From PVC group bacterium (GTDB lineage: Bacteria; Auribacterota; Erginobacteria; Erginobacterales; Erginobacteraceae), in contig JAZDIV010000048.1 of NCBI GenBank assembly GCA_043804695.1, positions 5,941-69,940 on the forward strand: a stretch of DNA of 64,000 nt, read 5' to 3'. A program made the translations under genes and the position numbers. The first letter of the stretch is position 1; every line of letters begins with the position of its first letter. This document shows, piece after piece, positions 1-9,625 of the stretch. The notes below the pieces were generated by a model. The model saw only the letters and a list, made by a program, of their open reading frames with translations, was not told the origin of the DNA and did no database searches.

Positions 1-14
1 AGCCAGGAGCAGAC

Positions 15-1574
15 GTGACCCCCATCTGGCATCACATAATTATCCGGGGCGCGCGGGTGGTGGACGGGAGCGTCGGACCTGCCTTCCGGGCGGATGTCGG
101 GGTCCGGGACGGCGTGATCGCGGCGGTTGGCGATCTCAGGGAAGAAAAAGCTGATCGCGTTATCGACTGCCCCGGCTCCGTTCTCTGTCCCGGGTTCATC
201 GACATTCACTCCCACTCCGACTTCACCATTCTGATCGATCCCCGGGCCGAGGGCAAGGTTCGGCAGGGGGTGACGACGGAGGCGATCGGGCAGTGCGGCG
301 GTTCCGCGGCACCCCTTTTTGGCGAGAAGCTGGAGCGGGTGCGGGGACAGTACCCGGAACTATCTATCAACTGGACGACACTCGGCGAGTACCGGAAGAG
401 AGTCGAGGATCAGGGGACGGCGGTTAACCTCGTCCCTTTCACCGGGCAGGGAAATATCCGGGGATCGGTTATCGGGTATGGCGGGGGGGCGCCCTCGCGA
501 GAGGAGATGAAGTGGATGCTCTCCCTCCTGGAGGAGGAAATCGCGGCGGGGAGCCGGGGCATCTCGACCGGCTTGGTCTATCCACCCGGGAGCTTTGGCG
601 GGTTCGGAGAACTGACTGAACTGCTCCGACTGGTCGCCGGGGCGGGGGGGATATACGCCACCCACATGCGGAATGAAAGCGACCAGGTGGAGGCGGCGGT
701 GGAGGAGGCGATCAGACTGGCCGAAGAGACCGGGATATCGCTTCAAATCTCCCACCTGAAAGCGCAGGGGCGGCGGAACTGGCACCGGCTCTCCGCCTGT
801 TTCGAGAAGATCGAAGGCGCCCGGGCCCGGGGATTGAATGTCAACTGCGACCGGTACCCGTATCTCGCTTCGGCAACGGGACTCGACATCCTGCTGCCAG
901 CGGGGGCCAGTGAAGGTGGCGCGGCGGAGGAACTGAGACGCTTGAAGGACCCTGCGGAACGACGCAGGATGGCGGAGGAGGTCGACCGGGACGACTGGGA
1001 CGGTGTGGTCGTCTCCCATGTCTCGACGGAGGCGAACCGTGATCTCGAAGGTTTGAACCTGGAAGAGATCGCGGAAAGGAGAGGCGTCTCCCCGCTCGAC
1101 TGTTTCTTCGATATTTTGGTCGAGGAGGAGTTGAACGTGGAGGCGCTCTTCTTCGGGATGAGCCTCGACAACCTCCGGCGGATCCTGCAAAAGCCCTACT
1201 GCATGGTCGGGTCGGACGCCTCGGCGCGGGCGGTGACCGGACCGCTCTCCCGGGGCAAGCCCCACCCCCGGACCTTCGGGACCTTCCCCCGGGTCCTGGG
1301 CGAGTTCGTCAGGAACGGCACCCTGGCACTGGAAGAGGCGGTCTTCAAGATGACGGGTCTGCCGGCTCGAAAACTGGGACTGAAGGACTGCGGGGTCATC
1401 AGGGAAGGGGCGGTGGCCGACCTGGTCATCTTCAGCCCGGATAGAATCAAAGACCGGGCGACCTACCGGGACCCGAAGCAGTACCCCTCCGGGATCGAGT
1501 ACGTGATCGTCAACGGAGAGATCGTGGTGGAAGACGGGGAGCATACCGGGCGACTCCCCGGGCGCTTTCTGTAA
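15..1574 (+). CDS. D-aminoacylase / N-acyl-D-amino-acid deacylase (amidohydrolase superfamily)
   Basis: 519 aa ORF with the HSHSDF metal-binding motif and overall D-aminoacylase-like layout. GTG start at 15, preceded by AGGAG 5 nt upstream. Confidence 0.75.
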   Translation: MTPIWHHIIIRGARVVDGSVGPAFRADVGVRDGVIAAVGDLREEKADRVIDCPGSVLCPGFIDIHSHSDFTILIDPRAEGKVRQGVTTEAIGQCGGSAAPLFGEKLERVRGQYPELSINWTTLGEYRKRVEDQGTAVNLVPFTGQGNIRGSVIGYGGGAPSREEMKWMLSLLEEEIAAGSRGISTGLVYPPGSFGGFGELTELLRLVAGAGGIYATHMRNESDQVEAAVEEAIRLAEETGISLQISHLKAQGRRNWHRLSACFEKIEGARARGLNVNCDRYPYLASATGLDILLPAGASEGGAAEELRRLKDPAERRRMAEEVDRDDWDGVVVSHVSTEANRDLEGLNLEEIAERRGVSPLDCFFDILVEEELNVEALFFGMSLDNLRRILQKPYCMVGSDASARAVTGPLSRGKPHPRTFGTFPRVLGEFVRNGTLALEEAVFKMTGLPARKLGLKDCGVIREGAVADLVIFSPDRIKDRATYRDPKQYPSGIEYVIVNGEIVVEDGEHTGRLPGRFL

Positions 1575-1689
1575 ATACGGCTTCTTTTAAGTGCGGATCA
1601 GTCAGATCGGACTGATCCGTTGAACGTAGAGCACACGATGTTCATCCTTCTTTACTTTCGTTGCCTCTTCACGGTTTCATGATACGGTT

Positions 1690-3273
1690 GTGTTCATGAC
1701 CCATTTTCGCACAATGAGATTGGCCGCACTGATGATTCTGCTGGCCTTTAGCGGGTGCGGTTCGCGGAATGGGGAGGAAGAGAACTTTCTCCGCCTCCGG
1801 CTGAAGGATGACCCGTCCACTCTCGACCCGGCCTACATCGTGGACGTTCCGGGCGGGGCGCTGGCGGCCAAGATCTTCAACGGGCTGGTTCGTTTCGATG
1901 CGGATGGGAAGATCGTGCCCGACCTCGCCGCTCGCTGGGAGGTCACGGAGGATAGCCGGACCTACCGGTTTTTTCTGAGAGAAGGGGCGCGTTTCACCAA
2001 CGGCCGGGAGGTGACGGCGGAGGATGCTGTCTTCTCCCTTCGCCGTATCCTCGATCCCGCGGTCAACTCGCCCCGGTCCTGGCTCCTGAAGGCGGTGCAG
2101 GGCGCCCCCGGCTTCATGGCCGGAGAATCGGCGGAACTGCCCGGGATCAGAGCGGCCGGTAAGAATACGGTCGAGATCGAACTGAGCGAGCCGTCCGCCC
2201 TTTTCCTGGATTTCCTGGCCATGCCCAACGCCTCCATCATCCCCCGGGAAGAGACGGAGAAACCCGGAGAGACGTTTTCGGATCATCCCTGCGGGACCGG
2301 TCCTTTCCGGCTCGTCGAGTGGGGGCACAACAACCGGATCGTCCTGGAGCGGAACCCGGATTACTTTGACGGGCCGCCGCGCCTGGCGGGGATCCTCTAC
2401 CGGGTGATCCCGGAAACGCTGACCGCGGTGGTGGAATTCGAGCAGGGGAACCTCGATATCATGGAAGTTCCCCGGGCCGAGTTTGGCAAATACACGACCG
2501 AATCGCCCTGGAAAGAGATGGTCCAGAGCCGGGTCGGGCTCAACTGTTATTACCTCGGGTTTAACTGCCGGCGCCCCCCCTTCGACGATCCCCGGGTCCG
2601 TCAGGCCTTCAACTATGCGATCGATCGGGAGAAAATCATCGGCGTTCTCCTGGAGGGGGGGGCCGTCCCCGCCGCCGGCCCCGTGCCGCCGGGTCTTCTC
2701 CCGGCCCGCCCCGCCGGCTACCGGTATGACCCGGCCCGGGCCGGAGAGCTGCTGGCCCGGGCGGGGGTTGACCTCCCCCTCAGGGCCGCGTTTCTCTTCA
2801 AGGCCGACCGGGAGGTTCTCAGCATCGCCGAGGTGATCCAGGACTATCTGAAGAAGGTCGGCATCGAGCTGACCCTCGTTCAGCGGGAGTGGAGCTCGTT
2901 CAAGCAGCTGGTCGATGAAGGGGAGTTCGACATTTTCTACCTCTCCTGGTGGGGCGATTACCCGGACGCGGAGAACTTTCTTTACCCGACATTCCACTCA
3001 ACCAACATCGGACCCGGGGGCAACCGGTCCCGCTTCAGCGATCGGGAGGTTGATGAGAAGCTGGCCGCCGCCGGCCGGGAAACGGACGGGGAAGAGCGGA
3101 CCCGGCTGCTGACAGAGGCGGCGGAACGGGTAGCCGAGCGTGCCCCCTGGGTTTTTCTCTGGCACAAGAAGGACGTGGTGATCTGCAGTCCCCGGGTGGA
3201 GAATTACCGGATCCCGCTCATCTACAACGGGGATAAGTTCACCGGCATTCAGTTATTAATCCGACCGTGGTAG
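1690..3273 (+). CDS. ABC transporter substrate-binding lipoprotein, family 5 (peptide/nickel, OppA/DppA-like)
   Basis: 527 aa with N-terminal lipoprotein signal (LLAFSGCGS) and SBP_bac_5-like conservation. The last codons and stop lie inside a palindromic repeat. Confidence 0.75.
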   Translation: MFMTHFRTMRLAALMILLAFSGCGSRNGEEENFLRLRLKDDPSTLDPAYIVDVPGGALAAKIFNGLVRFDADGKIVPDLAARWEVTEDSRTYRFFLREGARFTNGREVTAEDAVFSLRRILDPAVNSPRSWLLKAVQGAPGFMAGESAELPGIRAAGKNTVEIELSEPSALFLDFLAMPNASIIPREETEKPGETFSDHPCGTGPFRLVEWGHNNRIVLERNPDYFDGPPRLAGILYRVIPETLTAVVEFEQGNLDIMEVPRAEFGKYTTESPWKEMVQSRVGLNCYYLGFNCRRPPFDDPRVRQAFNYAIDREKIIGVLLEGGAVPAAGPVPPGLLPARPAGYRYDPARAGELLARAGVDLPLRAAFLFKADREVLSIAEVIQDYLKKVGIELTLVQREWSSFKQLVDEGEFDIFYLSWWGDYPDAENFLYPTFHSTNIGPGGNRSRFSDREVDEKLAAAGRETDGEERTRLLTEAAERVAERAPWVFLWHKKDVVICSPRVENYRIPLIYNGDKFTGIQLLIRPW

Positions 3274-3397
3274 TATTTACATCAACGATTGCGGTCATTG
3301 CGAGCGCAGTGAAGCAATCTCTTGCTGTGCATAGAGTTGAGATTGCTTCGTCGCTCCGCTCCTCGCAATGACATGTCCATACAATTATGGACTGACT
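3250..3397. repeat. Palindromic 'GTCATTGCGAG...CGAAGCAATCT' hairpin element, copy A (with flanking extension)
   Basis: Inverted halves gtcattgcgag...cgaagcaatct / agattgcttcg...ctcgcaatgac. The whole 3250-3397 block is the reverse complement of 23593-23762. Confidence 0.8.
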
Positions 3398-3573
3398 AAT
3401 AAAATAGGGGTCGCGTCTGCCCGCGGCTGATTTCGTTCCATTTCCTAATGAGGTCTGATAGGTAATTAGCCGGGAGCAGACGTGACCCCTATTTGCGGAT
3501 TGCCTAACGGGGAGGGGAGTGCTATGCTGGGCGGCATAGTGAAGTTCCGGAACGGGAACCGGGAGGCCGGCGG

Positions 3574-4617
3574 ATGGCCATCGATCACAAGACGGTTGAA
3601 ACAATCGAGCGCTTGCCCAAGGTGGAACTCCACCGGCACCTGGAAGGGTGCGTATCGGCGGAGCTCCTGCTGGAGATTGACCGGGAGTATCATATCAAGC
3701 TTCCCTCGAATAAGCTGGAGGAACTCCGTTCCCATGTCCAGATTAAAGGCCAGGCCGGAAGCTTGCGGGAGTTTTTAGAGAAATTTTTCTGGATCGGGAT
3801 GGCCTTTCCCACCCTGGAGGCGATCGAGCATGTCTCCTACTGTGTCTGCCGGGACTGTGCCCGGGACAATATCCGGGTGCTCGAACTCCGGTTCAGCCCG
3901 GTCTTCATGACCCTGGAGACGCCTCACGGCTGGGAAGAACTGCTCCACGCGGTTTTGAAAGGCGCCCGGCAGGCGGAGGAAGAATTCAATATCGATGTCG
4001 GATTTATTGTTGGCATCTCCCGTTCCAACGGCCTGAAGCTCGCGCTGCGGGCCGTCAATACCGCGGCCGATTACACCGGCCTGGGAGTGGTGGGGATCGA
4101 CCTCTTCGGCGACGAAGCCGCCTTCGGGCCGGAACTCTTCATCACCGCGTTCAAGGTTGCCCAGGAGAACGGCCTCAATGTCACCATCCACGCCGGCGAG
4201 GGAGGGGGGGAGACCAATATCCGGGTCGCGATTGAAACGCTGGGAGCCCAGCGGATCGGCCACGGGATCCGGATCGTCAATGATCAGGAGATGATGGCCT
4301 GGGTGCGGGACCGGGGGATACCCCTGGAGATCTGCCTGACCAGCAACGTGAAGACGAAGACCGTCCCCAATCTGCCTTCTCATCCGGTCCGGAGACTGTA
4401 CGATTACGGGATCCGGATATCCCTCAACACCGACGATCCCGCCATCTGCGACACCACCTTCTCGAGAGAATTGCTGCTGGCGATGGAGTACTTTCACTTC
4501 ACCCTGGATGAGATCAAGGGGCTGATGATCTCGGCGCTGGACCAGTCATTCCTGGAGCCGTACCGGAAGAAGATCCTCCGGCCGAAACTGGAGCGGGAAC
4601 TGGCCGCGAGTAACTAA
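3574..4617 (+). CDS. add: adenosine deaminase
   Basis: 347 aa; N-terminal LPKVELHRHLEG metal-binding motif and C-terminal SLNTDDP motif typical of adenosine/AMP deaminase fold. Confidence 0.85.
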   Translation: MAIDHKTVETIERLPKVELHRHLEGCVSAELLLEIDREYHIKLPSNKLEELRSHVQIKGQAGSLREFLEKFFWIGMAFPTLEAIEHVSYCVCRDCARDNIRVLELRFSPVFMTLETPHGWEELLHAVLKGARQAEEEFNIDVGFIVGISRSNGLKLALRAVNTAADYTGLGVVGIDLFGDEAAFGPELFITAFKVAQENGLNVTIHAGEGGGETNIRVAIETLGAQRIGHGIRIVNDQEMMAWVRDRGIPLEICLTSNVKTKTVPNLPSHPVRRLYDYGIRISLNTDDPAICDTTFSRELLLAMEYFHFTLDEIKGLMISALDQSFLEPYRKKILRPKLERELAASN

Positions 4618-4663
4618 ATTACATACAATCCATTCGTCAGCAGCTCTATATACCCACGAAAAT

Positions 4664-4740
4664 CACGAAGGACACGAAGAATAACGGGAAACCGGATTCA
4701 ATTTTCCCCGCTTTCTTCGTGTCCTTCGCGTCCTTCGTGG
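4664..4740. repeat. Tandem-unit hairpin, CACGAAG family (copy 1)
   Basis: Left arm ccacgaa-aat-cacgaag-ga-cacgaag, right arm cttcgtg-tc-cttcgcg-tc-cttcgtgg, separated by a ~30 nt loop. Confidence 0.8.
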
Positions 4741-4886
4741 TATTTTTATTTTTCCTCCGGAATAATAAAAAATATCAGGCTAATATAAAAGTTACATAGT
4801 GGGGGGGAGATGTGGGCTGGGGTGTTAAAGATGTCTTTTAATTGTGCAGCCTAGTGTCACGTCTCAGAAATGTCTTGAATATTTTT

Positions 4887-4990
4887 GTCATTGCGAGCCG
4901 AAGCCGCGAGCGCAGCGTGGCGGGCAGCGAAGCAATCTCAATTCGTTGCAATACAATAGATTGCTTCGTCGCTCTGCTCCTCGCAATGAC
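4887..4990. repeat. Palindromic 'GTCATTGCGAG...CGAAGCAATCT' element, copy C
   Basis: gtcattgcgagccgaagccgcgagcgc...cgaagcaatctcaattcg...agattgcttcgtcgctctgctcctcgcaatgac. Confidence 0.8.
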
Positions 4991-5150
4991 CGAATTATCT
5001 AATGCGATTTCCGAGACGGCACACTAGGGATGGGAACTGAAAAAACCGCCAAGACGCAGAGAACGCAAAGATGAACGGCAAAAAAACAGACCCGGATGCA
5101 TCTTTGCGATCTTTGCGGCCCGGCGGTTCGGAAAAATTGCCTGGCCCATC

Positions 5151-6395
5151 CTATCCGCGGAAGCGCCTGAAGATCAGGGTGCCGTTGTGTCCCCCGAAAC
5201 CGAAAGAGTTGCTGAGGGCGAACTCGATCTCCGCTTCCCGGGGCTGGTTGGGAACATAGTCAAGATCGCAATCAGGATCCGGGAACTCATAGTTGATGGT
5301 GGGCGGAATCAGACTGTGTTCCATCGCAAGCAGACAGGCGACGGCTTCCACCGCGCCGGCTGCGCCCAGAAGATGGCCGTGCATCGACTTGGTGGAACTG
5401 ATGGGGACCCTGGAAGCGTGGCTGCCGAAGACGGCCTTGATCGCCATGGTCTCAAACTTGTCGTTGAGCGGGGTCGATGTCCCGTGGGCGTTGATGTAAT
5501 CCACGTCTTCCGGGGCGATCCGGGCGTAATCGAGCGCCATCTTCATGCTCCGCGCGGCTCCTTCCCCACCGGGGGCGGGCGCCGTCAGGTGATAGGCGTC
5601 GCACGAACAACCGTACCCGGTGAGCTCCCCGTATATCTTCGCACCCCGCCGGCGGGCATGCTCCAGTTCTTCCAGAACCAGCATCCCCGCGCCCTCGGAC
5701 ATGACGAATCCGTCGCGCTCCCGGTCGAACGGGCGGCTGGCCTTTTCCGGGGCGTCGTTCCGGGTGGAGAGGGCTTTCATCGAACAGAACCCGGCCAGCC
5801 CGAGTTTGGTGTTCGACGCTTCCGCGCCGCCGGCCACAATCACATCGGCCAGACCATTGCGGATGCCCCAGAGCGCATCGCCGATCGAATGGGTGGCGGT
5901 GGCGCAGGCGGTCACCACGGCCAGGTTGGGGCCCTTGAGGCCGAAGATCATGGCGATCTGCCCCGGCAGCAGATTGATGATCATCATGGGCACCAGCAGG
6001 GGAGAGACCCGGCCGGGTCCTTTCTCCAGCATGATCTGGTGCTGAGTTTCAATGGTATTGAGCCCGCCGATCCCGGAACCGGCGTAAACGCCGATCCGGT
6101 TCAGGTCTTCGAGTTCGAGATCCAGACCTGAGTCCTCCAGCGCCTGCTTGGCGGCGATCACGCCCAGCTGACAGAACCGGTCCATTCTCTTCAATTGCTT
6201 CCGATCGAGGTGCTGGTCCGGGTCGAAGTTCTTGATCTCCCCGGCAATCTGGCTATCGAAGCCGGAAGGATCAAACGCCGTAATCCGGCCGATCCCGCTC
6301 CGGCAGGAAGCTAACGCATCCCAGAACTCAAACGGATTATTGCCGATCGGGGTTACGACTCCCATCCCGGTGATAACAACTCTCCGTTCGGCCAT
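5151..6395 (-). CDS. fabF: beta-ketoacyl-ACP synthase II
   Basis: 414 aa, MAERRVVITGMGVVTPIGN start, Cys-His-His KAS II architecture. Confidence 0.9.
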   Translation of the reverse strand: MAERRVVITGMGVVTPIGNNPFEFWDALASCRSGIGRITAFDPSGFDSQIAGEIKNFDPDQHLDRKQLKRMDRFCQLGVIAAKQALEDSGLDLELEDLNRIGVYAGSGIGGLNTIETQHQIMLEKGPGRVSPLLVPMMIINLLPGQIAMIFGLKGPNLAVVTACATATHSIGDALWGIRNGLADVIVAGGAEASNTKLGLAGFCSMKALSTRNDAPEKASRPFDRERDGFVMSEGAGMLVLEELEHARRRGAKIYGELTGYGCSCDAYHLTAPAPGGEGAARSMKMALDYARIAPEDVDYINAHGTSTPLNDKFETMAIKAVFGSHASRVPISSTKSMHGHLLGAAGAVEAVACLLAMEHSLIPPTINYEFPDPDCDLDYVPNQPREAEIEFALSNSFGFGGHNGTLIFRRFRG

Positions 6396-6506
6396 TCCTT
6401 CCTCCTTTTTTGGAAATATAAAACCTGCCCGGACCCGCCGTCGAAAAGACGGCGGGTACGGGCCGGCCGGCTAATCCGGCTATGGGGCCGGAGCCCTCAG
6501 CCACGT

Positions 6507-6746
6507 TCAGGACTTGGCGTTTTCTTCGATGTACTTGATGGCGGCGCCGACGGTGGTGAGCTTCTCCGCTTCCTCATCGGGGACCTCGATCTCGAAGGCC
6601 TCTTCCAGGGCCATGACCAGCTCGACGGTATCCAGAGAGTCCGCTCCCAGATCGTCAATAAAAGACGCCTCCTCGGTCACCTCTTCCGGGTTGACGCCCA
6701 GCTGCTCCACGATGATATCCTTGACCTTCTGTGTCACTTCAGACAT
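6507..6746 (-). CDS. acpP: acyl carrier protein
   Basis: 79 aa with the DLGADSLD phosphopantetheine attachment motif. Confidence 0.9.
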   Translation of the reverse strand: MSEVTQKVKDIIVEQLGVNPEEVTEEASFIDDLGADSLDTVELVMALEEAFEIEVPDEEAEKLTTVGAAIKYIEENAKS

Positions 6747-6954
6747 TTTTCTTCCTCCTTTTGCAGATTAAGCCGCCGCCCCGGGCGGGGCGGGACTTCA
6801 TTGACTTCGATTTCGTTGCCGACAAACTGACTTTCGTTCTGCCTGATTGCCGCTACCGTGTGAAAAGCCGATCAAAATAAATAACCTTATCGCACCTCCC
6901 TGTTGTTTAAACAAAAGCTGCATCCTGGAGGCAACATCGTAAAAAGTAGCGCCG

Positions 6955-7695
6955 CTAAATATGCATGCCGCCGTCAACAACTAAAACCTGACCGGTGATA
7001 TAGGAAGCGCCGGGGGAGGCCAGGAAGGAAACCGCCCCGGCCACGTCTTCCGGAGTCCCCATCCTGGCCAGCGGAATCGCCCCTATCATCGCCTCCCTGA
7101 TCTTCTCGGGGATCCGGTCGGTCATCTCGGTCGCGATGAACCCGGGAGCGACCGCGTTGACCCGGATGCCGCGGGGGGCCATCTCCTTCGCCAGCGACTT
7201 GGTAAGAGCGATCAGGCCGCCCTTGGAAGCCGCGTAGTTGGCCTGGCCCGCGTTCCCCATCAGCCCGATGATGGAGGCGATGTTGATAATGCAGCCGGAC
7301 CGCTGTTTCATCATGCTCCTGGCGACGGCCCGGCTCAGATTAAAAGCTCCGCCGAGATTGACCGCGATCACCTGCTGCCAATCTTCCTCGCTCATCCTGA
7401 TCAAGAGCGCATCACGGGTGATCCCAGCGTTGTTGACCACTATATCCACGCTCCCCCAGAGGTCAAGCACTTTATTCACCGCCTCCTCAACCGCCGAAAA
7501 CCGGGAGACGTCGACCGGAAAGGCCGGTGAATTCCGCCCGGACTTCTCGATCGAGGCGGCCGTTTCCCGCGCCCCCGTTTCATCCCTATCCAGGACCGCT
7601 ATGTCAGCGCCCCTCCCGGCCAGTTCGATCGCGATCGCCCGGCCGATCCCTCTGCCGGCGCCGGTGACGATGGCCTTCTTGCCTTCTAAAAACAT
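6955..7695 (-). CDS. fabG: 3-oxoacyl-ACP reductase
   Basis: 246 aa SDR with TGAGRGIG Rossmann motif and YAASK active site. Confidence 0.9.
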   Translation of the reverse strand: MFLEGKKAIVTGAGRGIGRAIAIELAGRGADIAVLDRDETGARETAASIEKSGRNSPAFPVDVSRFSAVEEAVNKVLDLWGSVDIVVNNAGITRDALLIRMSEEDWQQVIAVNLGGAFNLSRAVARSMMKQRSGCIINIASIIGLMGNAGQANYAASKGGLIALTKSLAKEMAPRGIRVNAVAPGFIATEMTDRIPEKIREAMIGAIPLARMGTPEDVAGAVSFLASPGASYITGQVLVVDGGMHI

Positions 7696-7896
7696 ACCTC
7701 TTCTCCCGCTCAGTAAACAGATGATTAGATACTGTGTTTCCCTCTACCCCGGCCCCTTTTTTAACAGACGATTGAATGTGATTGAATAGGATTTATGGCC
7801 TATACCCGGGCCTCTAAAGACGGTAAACGATAAAAGTGCAGACCCGGTGCCGGGCCAACCGTTTACTGATCACTGCTTACTGATTACCTGTTTTCG

Positions 7897-7937
7897 GTTC
7901 AACGTTCAACGTTGGACGTTCGATGTTCGACGTTCAT
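7897..7937. repeat. Heptamer tandem TTCRACG (GAACGTTC palindromes) in fabH 3' region
   Basis: ggttcaacgttcaacgttggacgttcgatgttcgacgttcat immediately downstream of the fabH stop. Confidence 0.7.
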
Positions 7938-7946
7938 CCCTTATTG

Positions 7947-8933
7947 TTACCATCTGACCAGCGACGCCGCCCAGGTCAGTCCGCCCCCGAAGGCGACCAT
8001 CAGGAGCAGATCGCCCCTCTTGAGAACTCCATTGTGATCCATCTCCGCCAGGCCGACCGGGACCGTCGCCCCGGACATGTTCCCATAGCGGTCCACGTTG
8101 ATGTAGACCCGCTCTTCCGGTATCTTCAGGCCCTTGGCCACCGCTTTCATGATTCTCAGGTTCGCCTGATGAGGGAGAAGCCAGTCAACATCCTGCGGGG
8201 TCAGGCCGGCCTGGCTCAGGACCCGCCGGGCGGCGGAGACCATGGAGGAAACGGCGAGCTTGAAGACCTTGTTTCCTTCCATCCGTATGTACTGCCGGCG
8301 CTGGTCAAGAATCTGGTGAGTGATCGGGCAGGCTGAGCCGCCGGCTTCCACCTGCAGAAGCGAAGAGTACGCCCCGTCGGCCCCGATATAACAGTCGACG
8401 ATCTCGCCGTTAGCCGCGCCCTTGCTCAGGACCGCCGCCCCGGCGCCGTCGCCGAAAAGAACGCAGGTATTGCGATCCTCCCAGTCCGTCATCACCGAGA
8501 GCACTTCCGAGGCCGCGACCAGGGCGTGGCGGTATCTTCCCCCGCGCAGCAGCTTTTGTGCCAGCTCCAGGGCATAAATGAAACCGCAGCAGGCGGCGGA
8601 GATGTCGAAACAGGCAGCGGTCGTGTTCCCCAGCCGGGCCTGAAGCAGGCACGCGGCCGCGGGGAGCGGTGCATCGGGGGTAAAGGTGCCGAGAATGATC
8701 AGATCAAGCTGCTCCGGCTTCAGGCCGGCGCTTTTCAGGGCCTGCCGGGACGCTTGCTCGGCCATCGAGGCAGCCGTCTCTCCGGGAGCGGCAATCCGCC
8801 GCTCATTGATGCCGGTCCGGGCCAGAATCCATTCATTCGACGTGTCGACCATCTTCTCCAGGTCGGCATTGGTCAAGACTTTCTCGGGGACGTAAAAACC
8901 CGTTCCTGCAATCCCGATTTTTTCCTGGGCCAT
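7947..8933 (-). CDS. fabH: beta-ketoacyl-ACP synthase III
   Basis: 328 aa, typical FabH N-terminus (GTGFYVPEKVLTNADLEKMVDTSNEWI) and active-site Cys/His/Asn. Confidence 0.9.
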   Translation of the reverse strand: MAQEKIGIAGTGFYVPEKVLTNADLEKMVDTSNEWILARTGINERRIAAPGETAASMAEQASRQALKSAGLKPEQLDLIILGTFTPDAPLPAAACLLQARLGNTTAACFDISAACCGFIYALELAQKLLRGGRYRHALVAASEVLSVMTDWEDRNTCVLFGDGAGAAVLSKGAANGEIVDCYIGADGAYSSLLQVEAGGSACPITHQILDQRRQYIRMEGNKVFKLAVSSMVSAARRVLSQAGLTPQDVDWLLPHQANLRIMKAVAKGLKIPEERVYINVDRYGNMSGATVPVGLAEMDHNGVLKRGDLLLMVAFGGGLTWAASLVRW

Positions 8934-8957
8934 GTCTTTCTCCCTTGAAATTCGAAT

Positions 8958-9140
8958 CTATCCTTCCTTCACTTCCGCCGCCGCTCTCCCCTTGTAATAG
9001 CCGCAGTGCGGGCAGATCCGGTGCGGAGGACGGGGACGGCGGCAGTGCGGACAGAGGACGGTCCGGGGGAGGTCGTAGGCCTTCCCCGACTGACGATTTC
9101 TTTTTCGACTCTTGCTGATCTTTCTTTTCGGAACGGCCAT
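8958..9140 (-). CDS. rpmF: 50S ribosomal protein L32
   Basis: 60 aa MAVPKRKISKSRKRNR... with CxxC...CxxC zinc ribbon. Confidence 0.9.
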   Translation of the reverse strand: MAVPKRKISKSRKRNRQSGKAYDLPRTVLCPHCRRPRPPHRICPHCGYYKGRAAAEVKEG

Positions 9141-9181
9141 GGCGGTACTATCCTTTTCAGTTCTAACTCATTTGTTTTATC

Positions 9182-9625
9182 CTATAACCCCGCAAACGGG
9201 GAGTCTTCCCGAGCAGACTGACAGCCGCATTGTTTCTCATTCAGATCCTGCCCGCAAACGGGGCAGATCCCCCGGCAGCCGGGCTGACAGAGCGGTTTGA
9301 GCGGGAGGGCGAGAATAATATCGGTCCTGATTTCATCTGTCAAGTCGATTGTGCCCGCAGGATCGGCAACCTCTTTCTGGACGTCAAAGCCCGGAACTTT
9401 GAGCGGAAGCTCAACATTTTTCAGGCAGCGGGCGCAGGAAAAGCGGACCCGGGTCTGCAGTCTTCCCCGGACCAGAAGCAGATGCCCGACCAGATCAACA
9501 TTCAATTCATAATCGATCGGCTCCCGAAATTCGGTCCCCGGATCACCGATATCAATAATCGCGGGGGATTCCTTTCCCCGCACGGTCATCCCCCCGCGCG
9601 GGACCAGCTGCAGGTTAATGATCAT
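9182..9625 (-). CDS. yceD: YceD/DUF177 family protein (23S rRNA accumulation protein)
   Basis: 147 aa with C-terminal CxxC...CPxCG; conserved position upstream of rpmF. Confidence 0.75.
   Translation of the reverse strand: MIINLQLVPRGGMTVRGKESPAIIDIGDPGTEFREPIDYELNVDLVGHLLLVRGRLQTRVRFSCARCLKNVELPLKVPGFDVQKEVADPAGTIDLTDEIRTDIILALPLKPLCQPGCRGICPVCGQDLNEKQCGCQSAREDSPFAGL

Noticed and set aside
360-1544. 394-aa ORF on the minus strand fully inside the D-aminoacylase gene (similar long antisense ORFs at 1669-2997, 11959-13128, 13813-15057, 17108-18091, 18329-19282, 46116-47384, 60341-60910)
   Set aside because: High-GC genomes generate long stop-free antisense frames. These have Pro/Arg/Gly-rich low-complexity translations, no recognisable domains, and completely overlap well-supported genes.
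3482-3778. 98-aa ORF starting at the duplicated GTG upstream of add
   Set aside because: It overlaps add out of frame and has a low-complexity product. It is kept only as a possible short uORF/leader in the findings.
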